64,000 bases of DNA from Octopus sinensis. Its lineage: Eukaryota. Each line of letters starts with the position of its first letter. The first letter of the stretch is position 1. Below the pieces are notes generated by a model. It had not been told where the DNA came from, made no database searches, and was given only the letters and a program-made list of their open reading frames with translations. The position numbers and the translations under genes are program-made. Shown one piece after another: positions 38,143 through 51,245 of this stretch. Location of the stretch: positions 56,978,001 to 57,042,000 of the forward strand of contig NC_043013.1 in assembly GCF_006345805.1 (NCBI RefSeq). Reading direction: 5' to 3'.

Positions 38143-38193
<51 letters not shown>

Positions 38194-38510
38194 GTGAAGG
38201 CGCAATGGCCCAGTGGTTAGGGCAGCGGACTCGCTGTCGTAGGATCGCGGTTTCGATTCCCAGACCGGGCGTTGTGAGTGTTTATTGAGCGAAAACACCT
38301 AAAAGCTCCACGAGGCTCTGGCAGGGGGTGATGGCGATCCCTGCTGTACTCTTTCGCCACAAATTTCTCTCACTCTGTTGGCCTACTCGCTTAGCCAGCA
38401 GGGTGGCGTCATGTGAAGGCTAAAAAACAATGCGAAGTGCATTGTGACCAGCGATGAGTAGAAACATATGATAGCCTGATCGGTTACGGTGAAACGGTGA
38501 TTATTATTAT
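38194..38510 (+). mobile_element. tRNA-headed SINE, family E, within (TTA)n
   Basis: GGCGCAATGGCCCAGTGGTTAGGGCAGCGG (A-box) and GGTTTCGATTCCC (B-box), then an unrelated body and a TTA tail. Confidence 0.75.
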
Positions 38511-39110
38511 ATCGAATAATGAGTTAGGTCATTGGTATATAGTGCAAGCTGGTGGCAATTTGATGTGACCTGTGTGTAGCATAAATATATTACTTTTGAC
38601 CATCTTGAAACTAGATAACGTTTGGCCCAGTTCGGTTTACAGGCCATGCCCTCCTCTAAGAATGGCTGACAGACACCACATATAAAACTGTATGTTACCT
38701 GTCTGTCAACTCTCTTTTCTCTTATGTCATTAAACACATATAGATGCACACACACACACGCATAGACACACACACACACACACAAACACACACTTAGATA
38801 TGGGTATTTTGTAGGAACCGACGCTATTTCTATTTTCAACCAGCAACGAAATTAGCATACCGTATAGCTCTGATCTCTTTGTGGTCGTCCGCGGTGACCT
38901 AGAAATATCAGTAGTACACTCCAGCCCGCAATATATAGAGAACAAGTAACAAACAGTCAGGGATCTTGCAACAAGCAAATTAGCAAGTTAGAAAATCTCT
39001 GTAAGAGATAAAAGCTGTGACTAGACACCGAGGAGGATGACCAGCAAAGGTATTTGAACTCTTATTTTAGCAAGAGTGAACACCTTCCATCACTTTTGTG
39101 GTCTCTATAA

Positions 39111-39165
<55 letters not shown>

Positions 39166-39425
39166 TATGTGTGTGTGTGCTTGTGTGTCTGTGTATGTGT
39201 GTGTGTATACATATATACCTACATGGATACTGAAAAATAGAAAGAGAGAAAGTAAGAATGAGATGGATGCATACATATGTTTTGCATGTGATTGTGATCA
39301 TATATAAAGTTTCAATATATATATATAATATATATATACGTAAATAATATTCATACATGCATATGATATCTGCGTATAACATATTTATACTTCCACATGC
39401 ACACGTACATATATATATATGTATG

Positions 39426-39486
<61 letters not shown>

Positions 39487-39499
39487 TATATATATCTAC

Positions 39500-39904
39500 A
39501 GGCGCAGGAGTGGTTGTGTGGTAAGTAGCTTCTCTACCAACCACATGGTTCCGGGTTCAGTCCCACTGCGTGGCACCTTGGGCAAGTGTCTTCTGCTATA
39601 GACTCGGGCCGACCAAAGCCTTGTGAGTGGATTTGGTAGACGGAAACTGAAAGAAGCCCGTCGTATATATATATATGCGTGTGTGTGTTTGTGTGTCTGT
39701 GTTTGTCCCCTAGCATTGCTTGACAACCGATGCTGGTGTGTTTATGTCCCCGTAACTTAGCTGTTCGGCAAAAGAGACCGATAGAATAAGTACTGGGCTT
39801 ACAAAAGAATAAGTCCCGGAGTCGAGTTGCTGGACTAAAGGCGGTGCTCCAGCATGGCCGCAGTGAAATGACTGAAACAAGTAAAAGAGTAAAAGAGTAA
39901 AAGA

Positions 39905-39907
<3 letters not shown>
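39500..39907 (+). mobile_element. SINE family B, full length and well preserved
   Basis: tRNA-like head GGCGCAGGAGTGGTTGTGTGGTAAG..GGGTTCAGTCCC, internal (TA)/(TG) tract, and tail GGCGGTGCTCCAGCATGGCCGCAG..CTGAAAC followed by (AAAAGAGT)n. Confidence 0.92.
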
Positions 39908-39950
<43 letters not shown>

Positions 39951-39972
39951 AAATATACCTATATTTGTATAC

Positions 39973-40010
<38 letters not shown>

Positions 40011-40366
40011 TGAGAGAGACATCTAAAGTGCATATATACATGCACAGACTCATATACACACATCTGCATACTCAAGAATGTACACCCAAGCTTCCATGTG
40101 TCTATAAATACATTTACCTCCACAAAAATACTATACTCAGAGTCATATTGAGATAGATATTCATACAGAGTGAAAGAGAAGCTTGATACAAATCTGTCGA
40201 TACAAACAAAGTGCAATTAGATGACTTAGATGCACCACTCATCTGCTCTTACATTTAATATATACGTTGAGTGACCTTACACATCATTTCTTCCAGACAA
40301 TCGGGAAAATTGAGGTATTTCTTATATTCACTTATACGTCATCTGTTCCATTAAGTTTACATATAT

Positions 40367-40435
<69 letters not shown>

Positions 40436-40719
40436 CTACATGTACACTTTGGTACTGTCACAGGCACATACACACCAGTATATTGATAATAAATATTAAC
40501 GCTTACACAATCAAATGTCAGCCTATACTGGAGAAGAATGACTTACTGAGTGAGAGTAAGCTTTAGATACAACAACTTGTTTAGTAATTAGCTTCAGGTC
40601 GAGGCGAAAGTGCCTTGCTATGTGGGGAAGAGAGATTTAAATAGAATAAGACTCACTGACCTTCATGATGTATTCAAAGAGATGCCTGTCGTCGTCGGGC
40701 CGTTCAAGTGGCCCTTTCT

Positions 40720-43290
40720 GCTTTGATTGTTATGCTACTATGTATGATAGTGTATAGTGTCTGTATGATTGTAATGTTTTAATATTTTATGTACACAGAT
40801 TATTTGTTGACGATTGGGATGTTAGCCAGGGATACTCTTTTGTCGGTACATTATGCCATAGCTATTCTTATCTACGCACGGGAGTAAGTCTTTTATATAA
40901 TCCATTTTAAATTGTACGATAGATTTCTCTTTTTCATGTTTCTTATACAGGTAATTAACGCCTATCAAGTTTTTTTCATTGAATATTGAAATATAGCTGT
41001 GTTGGTAGCAGCTTTTACTAAAAAGGATTAGGGGTTATTCCTATAACCCATACGTGATATTGAAAACTTGTGAGTTAGTAAATAGCTTTTGTAATTCTCA
41101 CATTTTCCCAGGCAGTTTATGCTAAATTGGAATATATTTGAGGTGTAACTATTGCAATTCTGGTGATTGTTGTATGTAAAGTTGATTCAAGTTAGAATGA
41201 TTAGGATAAGTCAAGCTGTGGGTTGTTGAAGAAAAGAGATTAGAATAAGTCAAGCTGTGGGTTGTTGAAGAAAAGGGATTAGAATAAAGTCAAGCTGTGG
41301 GTTGTTGAAGAAAAGGGATTAGAATAAGTCAAGCTGTGGGTTGGTGAAGAAAAGAGATTAGAATAAGTCAAGCTGTGGGTTGTTGAAGAAAAGGGATTAG
41401 AATAAGTCAAGCTGTGGGTTGTTGCAGAAAAGGGATTAGAATAAAGTCAAGCTGTGGGTTGTTGAAGAAAAGGGATTAGAATAAAGTCAAGCTGTGGGTT
41501 GTTGAAGAAAAGGGATTAGAATAAAGTCAAGCTGTGAGTTGTTGAAGAAAAGGGATTAGAATAAGTCAAGCTGTGGGTTGTTGAAGAAAAGGGATTAGAA
41601 TAAGTCAAGCTGTGGGTTGTTGAAGAAAAGGGATTAGAATAAAGTCAAGCTGTGGGTTGTTGAAGAAAAGGGATTAGAATAAGTCAAGCTGTGGGTTGGT
41701 GAAGAAAAGAGATTAGAATAAGTCAAGCTGTGGGTTGTTGAAGAAAAGGGATTAGAATAAAGTCAAGCTGTGGGTTGTTGAAGAAAAGGGATTAGAATAA
41801 AGTCAAGCTGTGGGTTGTTGAAGAAAAGGGATTAGAATAAAGTCAAGCTGTGGGTTGTTGAAGAAAAGGTATTAGAATACGTCAAGCTGTGGGTTGTTGA
41901 AGAAAAGGGATTTGAATAAGTCAATCTGTGGGTTGTTGAAGAAAAGGGATTAGAATAAGTCAAGCTGTAGGTTGTTGAAGAAAAGAGATTAGAATAAGTC
42001 AAGCTGTGGGTTGTTGAAGAAAATGGATTAGAATAAAGTCAAGCTGTGGGTTGTTGAAGAAAGGGATTAGAATAAGTCAAGCTGTGGGTTGTTGAAGAAA
42101 AGGGATTAGAATAAGTCAAGCTGTGGGTTGTTGAAGAAAAGGGATTAGAATAAAGTCAAGCTGTGGGTTGTTGAAGAAAAGGGATTAGAATAAGTCAAGC
42201 TGTGGGTTGGTGAAGAAAAGAGATTAGAATAAGTCAAACTGTGGGTTGTTGAAGAAAAGGAATTAGAATAAGTCAAGCTGTGGGTTGTTGAAGAAAAGGG
42301 ATTAGAATAAAGTCAAGCTGTGGGTTGTTGAAGAAAAGGGATTAGAATAAAGTCAAGCTGTGGGTTGTTGAAGAAAAGGGATTAGAATAAAGTCAAGCTG
42401 TGAGTTGTTGAAGAAAAGGGATTAGAATAAGTCAAGCTGTGGGTTGTTGAAGAAAAGGGATTAGAATAAGTCAAGCTGTGGGTTGTTGAAGAAAAGAGAT
42501 TAGAATAAAGTCAAGCTGTGGGTTGTTGAAGAAAAGGGATTAGAATAAGTCAATCTGTGGGTTGTTGAAGAAATGTATTTCTGCTTCCTAATTTTGTTGC
42601 AACAAAAATCATTTTGATAACAACATGGACACTATGAGGTGGAGAAGTAAATAAAGTCGGGTGGTATTTCTAATGCTATTCCTCATTTGAGGACAATTTT
42701 CATATTAAGTGAGAATTTAGTGAGTTCAGATACACTGAGATGAAGCTTTTGATGATGATTTCTGGGTGGTTTGAATGCTTGTGGATGTGACTTAACGTTT
42801 TATTAATTTACAAAAAGGATGATACAATGAATCATTAATAGCGTCATGTTTACGAAATTGTCACTGTCCAAGAGTGATTTGTTTCTTGGGTGATAGAGAC
42901 TATAAAATTCAGAAGAAAATCCATGTCTGTATGCGTTGGAAATTGAAGTTTCAAAGTTGAATAAACTCAGCATCCCAGTATAAACCTCTGTAGCTGGTGC
43001 CTAGATTTAATAGTAAGTGTAAGACCACAAACAAAAATCCTTAATATCTACCGAAGATGTGCCCATACTCATATCCGAAGGAATGTTTAACTGCTTTAGT
43101 ATAATTGTTTTCATCTCTGAAGTTGATTGTTGATCCCGTGTAGGTGAAGAGGATTGCAACCATCAAGAATTTTGAGATAATTCATAGTAATCTTTGAAAT
43201 CTAGATGTAAAAGTTTGTTACTATTTGTATTAGTCCATAGAATCGAAATAGATTTCTTCAAACGTCTCACCCAATAATACAACACACTCT
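40720..43290 (-). mobile_element. Decayed Penelope-like element interrupted by a minisatellite
   Basis: Minus-strand remnants in PLE order: MSMG, SNHPEIIIK, PPHS..ATKLG, [array], NL, CLGKC, VIGIT, KW.I and C.D(K). Many stops, so the assignment is inferred. Confidence 0.55.
41200..42573. repeat. Minisatellite, 39/40-bp unit (GAATAA[A]GTCAAGCTGTGGGTTGTTGAAGAAAAGGGATTA), ~35 copies
   Basis: Period measured directly (e.g. 41212 to 41251). Units are contiguous with no unique spacers. Confidence 0.98.
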
Positions 43291-43537
43291 ACTTGATCAT
43301 GCATTGAGTACTTTATTTTGTAACTCTAAGCTTTCATTACAAAACTATCTCTCTCCCTTAATGATATATGTGTGTATGTTTATTTATACATATTTCCTTT
43401 CAAGTTCCATAGAAACTAGTTCATATATGATTATGATACATTATACATACATATATACATGCACACACACATCAATAATATTACTATACACACACACACA
43501 CACACGCACACGCACACACACACACACACACACACAC

Positions 43538-43570
<33 letters not shown>

Positions 43571-44115
43571 TAGTATCTATTACTACAAGTAGTGTTTGCT
43601 ATTTCCAGTTTCAGGTTTATATCATTGCTAATCATTATTTTTCTTTCATTTATAAGTTGTTTTTTTTGTATATTTTAACATTTTTGCACTGAGATTTTAA
43701 ACTGTAATAAAATATGCCTTTTATACTGGCCTCAGAACACTGCAAAATATCGTCAGATATAATAATATTAATTCCCGGAAAAGTTCCTGAATTTGATGTT
43801 AATATTCAAATAACTTAAAATAAAAAAAAAACTTTAAAATAGATAAGTAAATTGAAACAAAATCTATTCTTGGAAGTTGTTCCTCATGAAGATTCCCTTT
43901 GAATGAAAATAGAGCCATATGTATGCTTGCATGTGTGTGTGCACGCGTATGTAGGTGTGTATATACATATATTTATATATGTAGTAACAATATATATATA
44001 TATATATACATTCATGTGAGTATGTATACATATATATATACACACACACGGGGACAGAGAGAAAGGTTTATAGATAAACAGATAGCTGTGTCAATCTATG
44101 TGTGTGTATTGACAT

Positions 44116-44170
<55 letters not shown>

Positions 44171-44329
44171 GGTGGTGCTTTTCAAAATTATATCTGGCAA
44201 TAGATATATTTTCTAAGTGGTATTACTATTTCTATGCATAGAATATTGATTGTTTTTATGTTTGAATTGTTTTTCATCTCGATGCAATGCATTTTCTTTG
44301 TAAGGGAATGTATTTATATGAGTGAACGA

Positions 44330-44960
<631 letters not shown>

Positions 44961-46965
44961 ACTACGCACACACATATATGTACATTATTTGTAGTCATTT
45001 TATTGATTTTCCACAAACGAAATTCATAATTTAGTTCCAGTAAAATTCAAACGCTGGAATTTTTACAGCTGATAGTCAAAGCCTGTAAATATCTGTTATT
45101 CTACAATGTACATTTTCACTTTATTGTAAACTTGATTTCAATATAAATGTCTAATATTTATGAAGTCTATTTATTCTTGAAGTGGTTAGGAGTTATCCAC
45201 TGTACAGCGCTTCGCCACTCATCTTGTCTCCTTTTACCTCCGCTCATTGATCTGATTCCCTGACCTCTTTCAACTGAACTCAACGATTCTCCTTCATTTG
45301 ACGGAATAGCTTCTCAGGTTTTATCTCAACAAATTCTTTTGCTTCCATTCACCAACAGTCTTTTTTAAAACTCAGTCTCCCTTGGTTCTACTCAATAAAC
45401 ACCTTCGGTGCCGCCGCCCAGTAATTTCCTCTGCTTTCGTCTCGTAACTCCTCTTGCTTCGGCATAACAACATCTATTTGGCTGAGTAAAAACTTTCCTT
45501 TAAGTCAGCCACAGTGACATTCGAAACCTACATTCTTGATGTCGTCAGAAACATTTGAAATATTTTCTTCAGAAACATTGTAACTGGAGTTTAGAGTCAT
45601 TGAGTCACACGAACCTACATAAATTTACGAATTCTCTGCACAGGTTTTATGCGAATTCTAGATGACGATAATCCTTTCTAAATTTAGTGCTAGACCTGAG
45701 ATTTTGAGAGAGGACGCTAATCGATGACATCGACCCCCCAGCGCTGAGATTGGTATTTATTTTACTGGCCGCAAAAGGCTGAAAGGCAAAGTCGACATCA
45801 ACGACATTTGGACTCAGACCGCAACTCTAGTTGATGACGACGCCGATGATGGTGATGACGATTCTCTCCCTTCTTGATTCTGTCTGCTATACATCATACC
45901 TAAACTGCTTCCAGAAGACTCATTGAAGTCATTTGATCTGTTTGATATAATAGTCAAAAACATCCCCGAAATAAAAGCTCTCAGTTTTAGGCGAGGAAAG
46001 ACGCATCTTACAGTGTTCAGTAGAATGCTTTTCAATGATAGGTTTGTTCAATTAAACCACCACCACAACAACAACAACGACCACATCGACAACAACAACA
46101 ACAACACCAGAAGCGACAATAATTCCATCTTCAGTCTGGAAGCAAATTGTTTGCTCAAAGTTAGCTTAAAGGAAAAAGAAAAAAATATGAGAACAAACTC
46201 TATTTTCTCTCATAGAATGCCGAAGTAAATCAAGAACCTTGCCTTTACTTCCATTCTGTAGCACTCTACCCTTATAGTTAGTTACAATGGCAGATTTGAC
46301 TTTGCTTTACAAAATCTTTCCCCTCACCCCACCCCAGTAATCGAGGATATATGGTATTTCAAATTGTAGTACCCCGAGTCAATGCTAGGACATCTCACTT
46401 TTTATTGAAGAACATCGGAATAGTCTGCTGATCATTGAAAACATACACTAAAGACGTTTCTGATATTTATAATGTACGTATGATGCTGAAAACGTTTTGA
46501 TCAGACAAATCACTAAATGTATTGCATGTAAAAGATGAAGGACCAAGTAGATCAGCACCTATGTCGATATTGCGTTGTTACTGAGCTGAACACTTAATAC
46601 TTATTCACCTCAGAACATGCAACGGTGAGTAACAGGAAACCACACACCTGGGAATATTATTTCTAACAGATTAAAGAGTCAAAATCAAAGGTGAACATTT
46701 GTTTTACCTGTTGCATGCAAATAGAACTTACGAATGCCAGAACAATATTTCTGTCACCAAATTTCTATTACAAGGAACTCTCAGTTATCCTTACTCCCTT
46801 TTCTCCCACAAATCTCAAAATCCCAGAAGTATCAGGCAATTTAATACTTCAACTATGTTGTAAATAAATAAGAGAATAAGTAATAATATAACTCGCCTTA
46901 ATATATGATGCGTGACAAAAGAATTTCAGCTCAATTATGTAACTATGTGTGTGAATAAATACACG

Positions 46966-46996
<31 letters not shown>

Positions 46997-48047
46997 GTGG
47001 GTATATGTGCATGTGTGATGTGTGCTTAAGACTCTGTGTGTGTGTATAACTTTGTGCACAAGTGTTTGCATGTGACTGCACGAGCGCGTGAAACTTTGTA
47101 TGTGGGTGTATAAAGTTGTGTGTGTAACTATTTTTGTAACTGTGTGTATGTGTCATTACGTTTATACGTGAATGTGCGAGTGTACGTGTATATAATGATT
47201 GGCGAATTAAATGTAATGTCTGGCTACAACTCTGCCTGAACAGCGATTTCGTGTGGAAGAGTGAATGCCGGTTACTGGTTGGATGGAACAAACATTCACA
47301 CCATTAGATATGCTATAGACTCGTTCACCTTTCAACTACACTGTTCAATCAGCCTTGAAATATATTATATATGATTCGGTGAGAGAACCAACTCAACTAG
47401 CATGCCATTTAGTGTACACTTTCATGGCTGAATACTAAATATGTGTGCATGCGTATGAATGTTTGTGTGTGTGCATGCGTGTGAATATGTGTGTGTCTGT
47501 GTGTATGTGTGTGTAAGAGACACAGAGAGCAAACAGATAGACAATTGACCAACAGTTATACACACAAAATTTATCACTCAAGTCAACCTAACCTGAATGT
47601 GGAGATTTTGATGTGAAAGCCTGCTATAATAACATTGCTGTATTAGTCATTGATATGTATTAAAACCCTATTATTGATTTTTAACAGAAAATACTTCAGC
47701 TTTCAACTGTTATCGATCCAACTCAATCCTTAAAAGAACCAATAACGGATTTATATTCCTAGTCTTGTTACGGGGCTGCAACATATCTACATTCTTGACT
47801 ACGTTGCTCTGAAAGATCATCCGACTGATTGATATAAAATCTCTCCACAACAATATTTGTTCCACAGACACACACAGTTTCCGCTTTTTACATCTTCTAG
47901 CAACCTTTCAATGACCTCTATTTCTCAGAGACGACTGATTACATGTCTCCATGAAGATCCATCCAATTTCTCTCTTCTCTTGTCACTCACATTGGGTCTA
48001 CCTTACCATAATGACCACATACTAATCACTTCCCAATAACTGCGATT

Positions 48048-48087
<40 letters not shown>

Positions 48088-48090
<3 letters not shown>

Positions 48091-48647
48091 GTGAGAGAAC
48101 AGTGCATGCCTTCAAAATGGCACTGGGATAAAATATACAAAGACAAGTATACCCATCATGACTACCTGCCTGATTTGGGTACACCAGGTACATGCATCAC
48201 AACCGTATGTGCGCCACATGGTGATCTTATATCAAGATAAACAGTGCATGACCTTGCAGGTGGGGCCCAGTTAGAATATACTTCAGGTTAAGTAGTCCAT
48301 TCTGCTCAAAAGGTCCCTGAATAAGAGTTGTCTATGAGTGATGAACGAAACACCAATGTGTTCCTGAGGTGAATTATTCAAACCCCAAAGTATTCCTCTC
48401 AACACGTGGCTATGATGCTCTCCCCACTACTTCTGCGCATGATTAGAGATGCACATACCATCAGCCACTAAGGGACATGCTCAACTGGCTATGGTCAAAC
48501 TACTGACAAGTAAATCTGTGGTATTGAGCAGAATATTTATTGTAGTCCATCTTTTATACCAAGACAAAACAATGTACATGATAACACTTCCAATCAGTTA
48601 AGATCAGAAGCCACGAGAGCCACTACCTGGTACTGCATCAGGGTATT
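48088..48647. mobile_element. Unclassified ~560-bp insertion sitting inside a (TTA)n tract
   Basis: A block of higher GC content bounded by (TTA)n at 48049-48088 and TTATTATTATT at ~48646. No ORF, TIR or tRNA head seen. Confidence 0.45.
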
Positions 48648-48747
48648 TATTATTATTGTTGTTGTTGTTGGTGGTGGTGGTGGAGGTGGTGGTGGTGGAG
48701 GTGGTGGTGGTGTTGCTGCTGCTGCTACTGTTGTTATTATTATTATT

Positions 48748-49540
48748 AAGGCGGTGAGCTGGCAGAAACGTTAGCGCGCCGAGCGAAATGCTTAGTGGTA
48801 TTTCGTCTGCTGCTATGTTCTGAGTTCAAATTCCGCCGAGGTCGACATTGCCTTTCATCCTTTCGGGGTCGATTAAATAAGTACCAGTTACGCACTGTGG
48901 TCGATATAATCGATTTAATCCGTTTGTCTGTCCTTGTTTGTCCTCTCTGTGTTTAGCCCCTTGTGGGTAGTAAAGAAATAGGTATTTCTGCCGTCGCTAC
49001 GTTCTGAGTTCAAATTCCGCCGAGGTCGACATTGCCTTTCATCCTTTCGGGGCGATAAATTAAGTACCAGTTGAGTGTTGGGGGTTGATGTAATTGACTT
49101 ACCTCCTCCCCACAAATTCCAGGTCTTGTGCCTATAGCACGTTGGGCAAAACACTTAGCGGAATTTCGTCCGTCCGTACATTCTGAGTTCAAATTCCATC
49201 GAGTTCGACTTTGCCTTTTATCCTTTCGGGGACGATAAATTAAGTACCAATGAAGCACTGGGGTCGATGTAATCGACTGATCCTGTCCCCTAAAAGTTCA
49301 GGCCTGGTACCTATAGTAGAAAGGATTATCATTATTTTTATTGCAGCGAGCTGAAGGTATTGTTACCGGTGAAACAAAAAGGGATTCCTTCGGTCTTGCA
49401 TTCTGAGTTCAAACAACACAGAAGGCACTTTTGCTTTTCCTCTTTTCGGGGTCGATGAAGCAAGCAGCAGCTGAACCTTGGGGAATGATGTAATCATACT
49501 TCCCTCCCACCAGTCATTGGGTTTATAGTAGATGTTATTA
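48748..49540 (+). mobile_element. Stack of four same-orientation family A SINEs
   Basis: TTCTGAGTTCAAA recurs at ~48818, ~49001, ~49181 and ~49401, each followed by the CCTTT..TTTCGGG domain. Confidence 0.85.
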
Positions 49541-49595
49541 TTAGGCACCATGGCCAATGAGGTAAATCCGAGGTGTGGTTATTGCTAGTTGAAAA

Positions 49596-49596
<1 letters not shown>

Positions 49597-49647
<51 letters not shown>

Positions 49648-49660
49648 GTTGTTGTTATTA

Positions 49661-49701
<41 letters not shown>

Positions 49702-49855
49702 GTTGTTGTTGTTGTTGTTATTATTATTATTATATTATTATTATTGTTATTATTGTTATTATTATTGTTGTTGTTGTTGTTGTTGTTATTATCATTATTA
49801 TTATTATTATTATTGTTATTGTTATTGTTATTATTATTATCATTATCATTATCAT
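49597..49855. repeat. (TTA)n/(TTG)n trinucleotide array
   Basis: Directly visible in the sequence. Confidence 0.95.
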
Positions 49856-50145
49856 AAGCACTGTTACTTCTTATGAATTTATTATTCTTCCCTTCTTATT
49901 ATCCCTGTCCGTAATACTTTCACCTTTGCACACTGTTTCCGTTCCATTATCGGTGTGGTGTGACGTGTCATTTTGCCAAGTTTGCTTTGTTCGAAGATGT
50001 GAATGGACACTTATGGACACGTCAGAGTAACAAGTCACTGGACTCGTTTAAATGAACAATTTCATGCTATGTTGTTATTGAGTGCACAATCTCTAACTAC
50101 AAGGGTATATACATCTCTCCTTCTCCTCTCTACACACATACAAAC

Positions 50146-50178
<33 letters not shown>

Positions 50179-50267
50179 CATATATGTATATCTATACATA
50201 TTTATACACATACAGATATATATCTGTATAGATATACATACACACACATTATATATATATATTATAT

Positions 50268-50329
<62 letters not shown>

Positions 50330-50594
50330 TATTTTGTTTATGAAATCATTTTTGAAATTCTTAAGTTTTTATTTTATACAACATAATAAAATGGTTTATA
50401 ACCATTTCCCCCGTCGTGCCCCTAAATAAAACTTCCTCTTAGCTTCTTGCTCCTTTAACTGGTAATGAACATCATGATTTAAAGTCCACCTCTATCCTAC
50501 CTCTTTTTATAGACAGTTTCTTATATCCAATTGTCTATGCTGAATGCCTTACTCCCTCCCTGGGGGGAAAAAGGGATATTTATAATATTTATGA

Positions 50595-50735
50595 CCAGCG
50601 GTTCGGCAAAAATGACCGATAGAATAAGTACTGGGCTTACAAAAAGAATAAGTCCCGGGGTCGAGTTGCTCGATTAAAGGCGGTGCTCCAGCATGGCCGC
50701 AGTCAAATGACTGAAACAAGTAAAAAAAGAGTATA
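50595..50735 (+). mobile_element. SINE family B, 3' half
   Basis: GCGGTTCGGCAAAA..GATAGAATAAGTACT..GGCGGTGCTCCAGCATGGCCGCAGTCAAATGACTGAAAC. Confidence 0.85.
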
Positions 50736-51130
50736 CTTAGCCATGAGCTGTCAACTCACTCTTGTCCTTTATTCAAAATAGACAGTTTTCTTTGCCCTAG
50801 TTTTAGTAGTCGATAAAGAGATAAATGAATTAGAAATGAATTACAGCCCTTACAACGCTATGATCCCACTATGCTCCATGCGATTCTTAGAAGTTGGAGT
50901 CTATACTTAACTACAATAGCAACAACATGAATGTCTTCCATCTCCTTGCTCTGTTAAAATATTTAAGAAAACTGATATTAACGTACATTATTTACTTTTG
51001 ATAGATATTTGTCCTCATTTTGTTTGTTGTTAACGCAACGTTTTGGCTGATATACTCTCTAACCTTCTTGGAGATAAAATAAGCACCAGTTAATCACTTT
51101 ACTATTGCTGATGCAGTTTTGCTTTTATTT

Positions 51131-51218
<88 letters not shown>

Positions 51219-51245
51219 CCACCAGCAGCAGCAGCAGCAGCAGTA
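51131..51245. repeat. (TAG)n followed by (CAG)n
   Basis: Directly visible in the sequence. Confidence 0.95.

Noticed and set aside
38199-38272. Possible tRNA gene (also heads at 11194, 39500, 18975)
   Set aside because: A and B boxes are present but no convincing cloverleaf forms, and each continues into a repeated SINE body.
41200-42573. CRISPR-like regular array
   Set aside because: Units are contiguous with no unique spacers, there are no cas genes, and the context is eukaryotic. It is a minisatellite.
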